Shown: positions 61,947 to 64,000 of the stretch, one piece after another
How the letters are laid out: each line of letters starts with the position of its first letter
How positions within the stretch are numbered: the first letter of the stretch is position 1
Origin: Macrostomum hystrix
Taxonomy: Eukaryota > Animalia > Platyhelminthes
Assembly (NCBI GenBank): GCA_950097015.1
Contig: CATNEN010000039.1
Span: 14,942,001-15,006,000 of the forward strand
Length of the DNA: 64,000 nucleotides
Direction: 5' to 3'
Program-made: the position numbers and the translations under genes
Notes under the pieces: model-generated
Told to the model about the DNA's origin: nothing
Seen by the model: the letters and a program-made list of their open reading frames with translations, nothing else
Database searches by the model: none

Positions 61947-62605
61947 ATTCAATTGGTTTTTTAACATTTTATTAAGCCTCCAATAAACAGAAAGTAAGCA
62001 CAGTCGGTAGGTCAATGAAATGAAAAAAACGAATTTGTGCGCCAATTTAAGCGTGAAAATTTCTGCTCTGGCTACTAACAGTAGAGTACTTCGTAATTCA
62101 TAATTATTTGTCCAGTTTTTGATCGCTCTACTTTATAAGCAAACTAAACCGGCGAGTAAAAAGTATGTTGTTAGCATATTCCGAAAAAATCAGTTTTTTT
62201 ACTCTACTAATCCCCGTGTTCTCCTCCGCTTGGTCTTGTGTGTCTCTAGTTATTTATGTTAACTGATAACTTAACTAAGAAATCTAAGGCTGACAGCTAT
62301 TATGAATGCTTAGCCAAAGGAAAGTAACAGATAAATAGGGTTATTTACTATACATTGCTTGCTTTTCTGCATTGAATTTTGAAGCAATTAAAATAAAAAT
62401 ATTAATTATATACGAAAAACACGTGACCACTGTTTGCATTGTTTGCTATTATTAAGCCAGTTTTTTTGTAACTGTTCATTTTTAGGGCTAGATTTTGTTC
62501 CATAACAATGTAGTACATTTGTATATTCGGTATTTTTTTATGTAAACTATTACATATTAGATATTGTAACTATAACATTACATTGGTGGCGCTTGGGAAA
62601 CAACC

Positions 62606-63515
62606 CCACTAGATCCTCTGACTCCACCCTACTGGATTCTGACTCCACCCTACTAGATCCTCTGACTCCACCCTACTGGATTCTGACTCCACCCTACTAG
62701 ATCCTCTGATTCCACCCTACTAGATCCTCTGACTCCACCCTACTAGATCCTCTGACTCCACCCTACTAGATCCTCTGACTCCACCCTACTAGATCCTCTG
62801 ACTCCACCCTACTAGATCCTCTGACTCCACCCTACTAGATCCTCTGACTCCACCCTACTAGATCCTCTGACTCCACCCTACTAGATCCTCTAACTCCACT
62901 CTACTAGATCCTCTGACTCCACCCTACTAGATCCTCTGACTCCACCCTACTAGGTCCTCTGACTCCACCCTACTAGATCCTCTGACTCCACCCTACTAGG
63001 TCCTCTGACTCCACCCTACTAGATCCTCTGACTCCACCCTACTAGGTCCTCTGACTCCACCCTACTAGATCCTCTGACTCCACCCTACTAGGTCCTCTGA
63101 CTCCACCCTACTAGATCCTCTAACTCCACCCTACTAGATCCTCTGACTCCACCCTACTAGATCCTCTGACTCCACCCTACTAGATCCTCTGACTCCACCC
63201 TACTAGATCCTCTGACTCCACCCTACTAGATCCTCTGACTCCACCCTACTAGATCCTCTAACTCCACTCTACTAGATCCTCTGACTCCACCCTACTAGAT
63301 CCTCTGACTCCACCCTACTGGATTCTCTGACTCCACCCTACTGGATCCTCTGACTCCACCCTACTAGATCCTCTGACTCCACCCTACTAGATCCTCTGAC
63401 TCCACCCTACTAGATCCTCTGACTCCACCCTACTAGGTCCTCTGACTCCACCCTACTAGATCCTCTGACTCCACCCTACTAGATCCTCTGACTCCACCCT
63501 ACTAGATCCTCTGAC
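62606..63515. repeat. 23-bp minisatellite CCACCCTACTAGATCCTCTGACT (~39 copies) ending ~60 nt before the DUS1L acceptor
   Basis: Visible tandem units. Confidence 0.97.
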
Positions 63516-63575
63516 GCTTCTAACTATTACACAACAAGACCCTAAACAGCAAATAAATTATCTATATACCTTCAG

Positions 63576-64000
63576 CAGTCAAAGACACGCGACACATCAG
63601 TGGTCGATGACGCCGAGGACCATGCGTCTCTGGCTTCCTCCGCGGTCGCTGCTGAAGCATCGGTATCAGCAGCTGCAGCGGCAGCTTGGCATTTTTATAA
63701 TGTGACTCTTGGCGCGCCGCGGTTCATTGTGGCTCCAATGGTGGACCAGAGCGAGCTGGCCTGGCGCCAACTCGCCCGTCGCCACGGCGCTCAGTTGTGC
63801 TTCACACCGATGCTGCACGCTAGCGTGTTTGTGCGCGACAAAAACTATCGCCAGCTTAACCTGCAGACCTGCCAGTCTGATCGGCCTCTGATAGTACAAT
63901 TCTGCGCCAACGACCCGGACACGCTCTGCAACGCAGCCAAGCTTGCTCAGCACGCATGCGACGCCATCGATTTGAATCTTGGCTGCCCGCAGAGCATTGC
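63576..64000 (+). CDS. DUS1L: tRNA-dihydrouridine(16/17) synthase-like, partial exon running off the window (not in the ORF track)
   Basis: Manual translation: [30 protein letters not shown]...[13 protein letters not shown]...[11 protein letters not shown]; acceptor TTCAG ends at 63575. Confidence 0.93.

Overview
Eukaryotic (metazoan) genomic DNA with AT-rich intergenic sequence, GC-rich exons and GT-AG introns. The style (introns filled with minisatellites, TTTTCAG acceptors, compact gene spacing) resembles the free-living flatworm Macrostomum; this is an inference, not shown. Host genes reconstructed by hand: a 9-exon GLG1-like Golgi protein (+), a cytosolic sulfotransferase (+), WIPI/ATG18 (-), TMBIM4 (-), a 5-exon claudin/TMEM178-like gene (+), an atypical Arf-like GTPase (+), ZFAND4 (-), PSMA7 (+) and the start of DUS1L (+). 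Mobile DNA: a decayed THAP/P-type transposon, two near full-length Ty3/Gypsy elements (Mag-like and CsRn1-like), a probable solo LTR, a decayed mariner, four copies of a hAT-type MITE (one nested in itself, one in the mariner), two long foldback MITEs, a MULE-like MITE and tRNA-derived SINEs. About 16 unrelated minisatellite arrays (12-47 bp units) lie almost entirely in introns, a 3' UTR or convergent 3' gaps and are absent from the two divergent upstream intervals. One array multiplies a real splice donor about 45 times, and both LTR elements sit inside such arrays. There is no CRISPR array or prokaryotic system.
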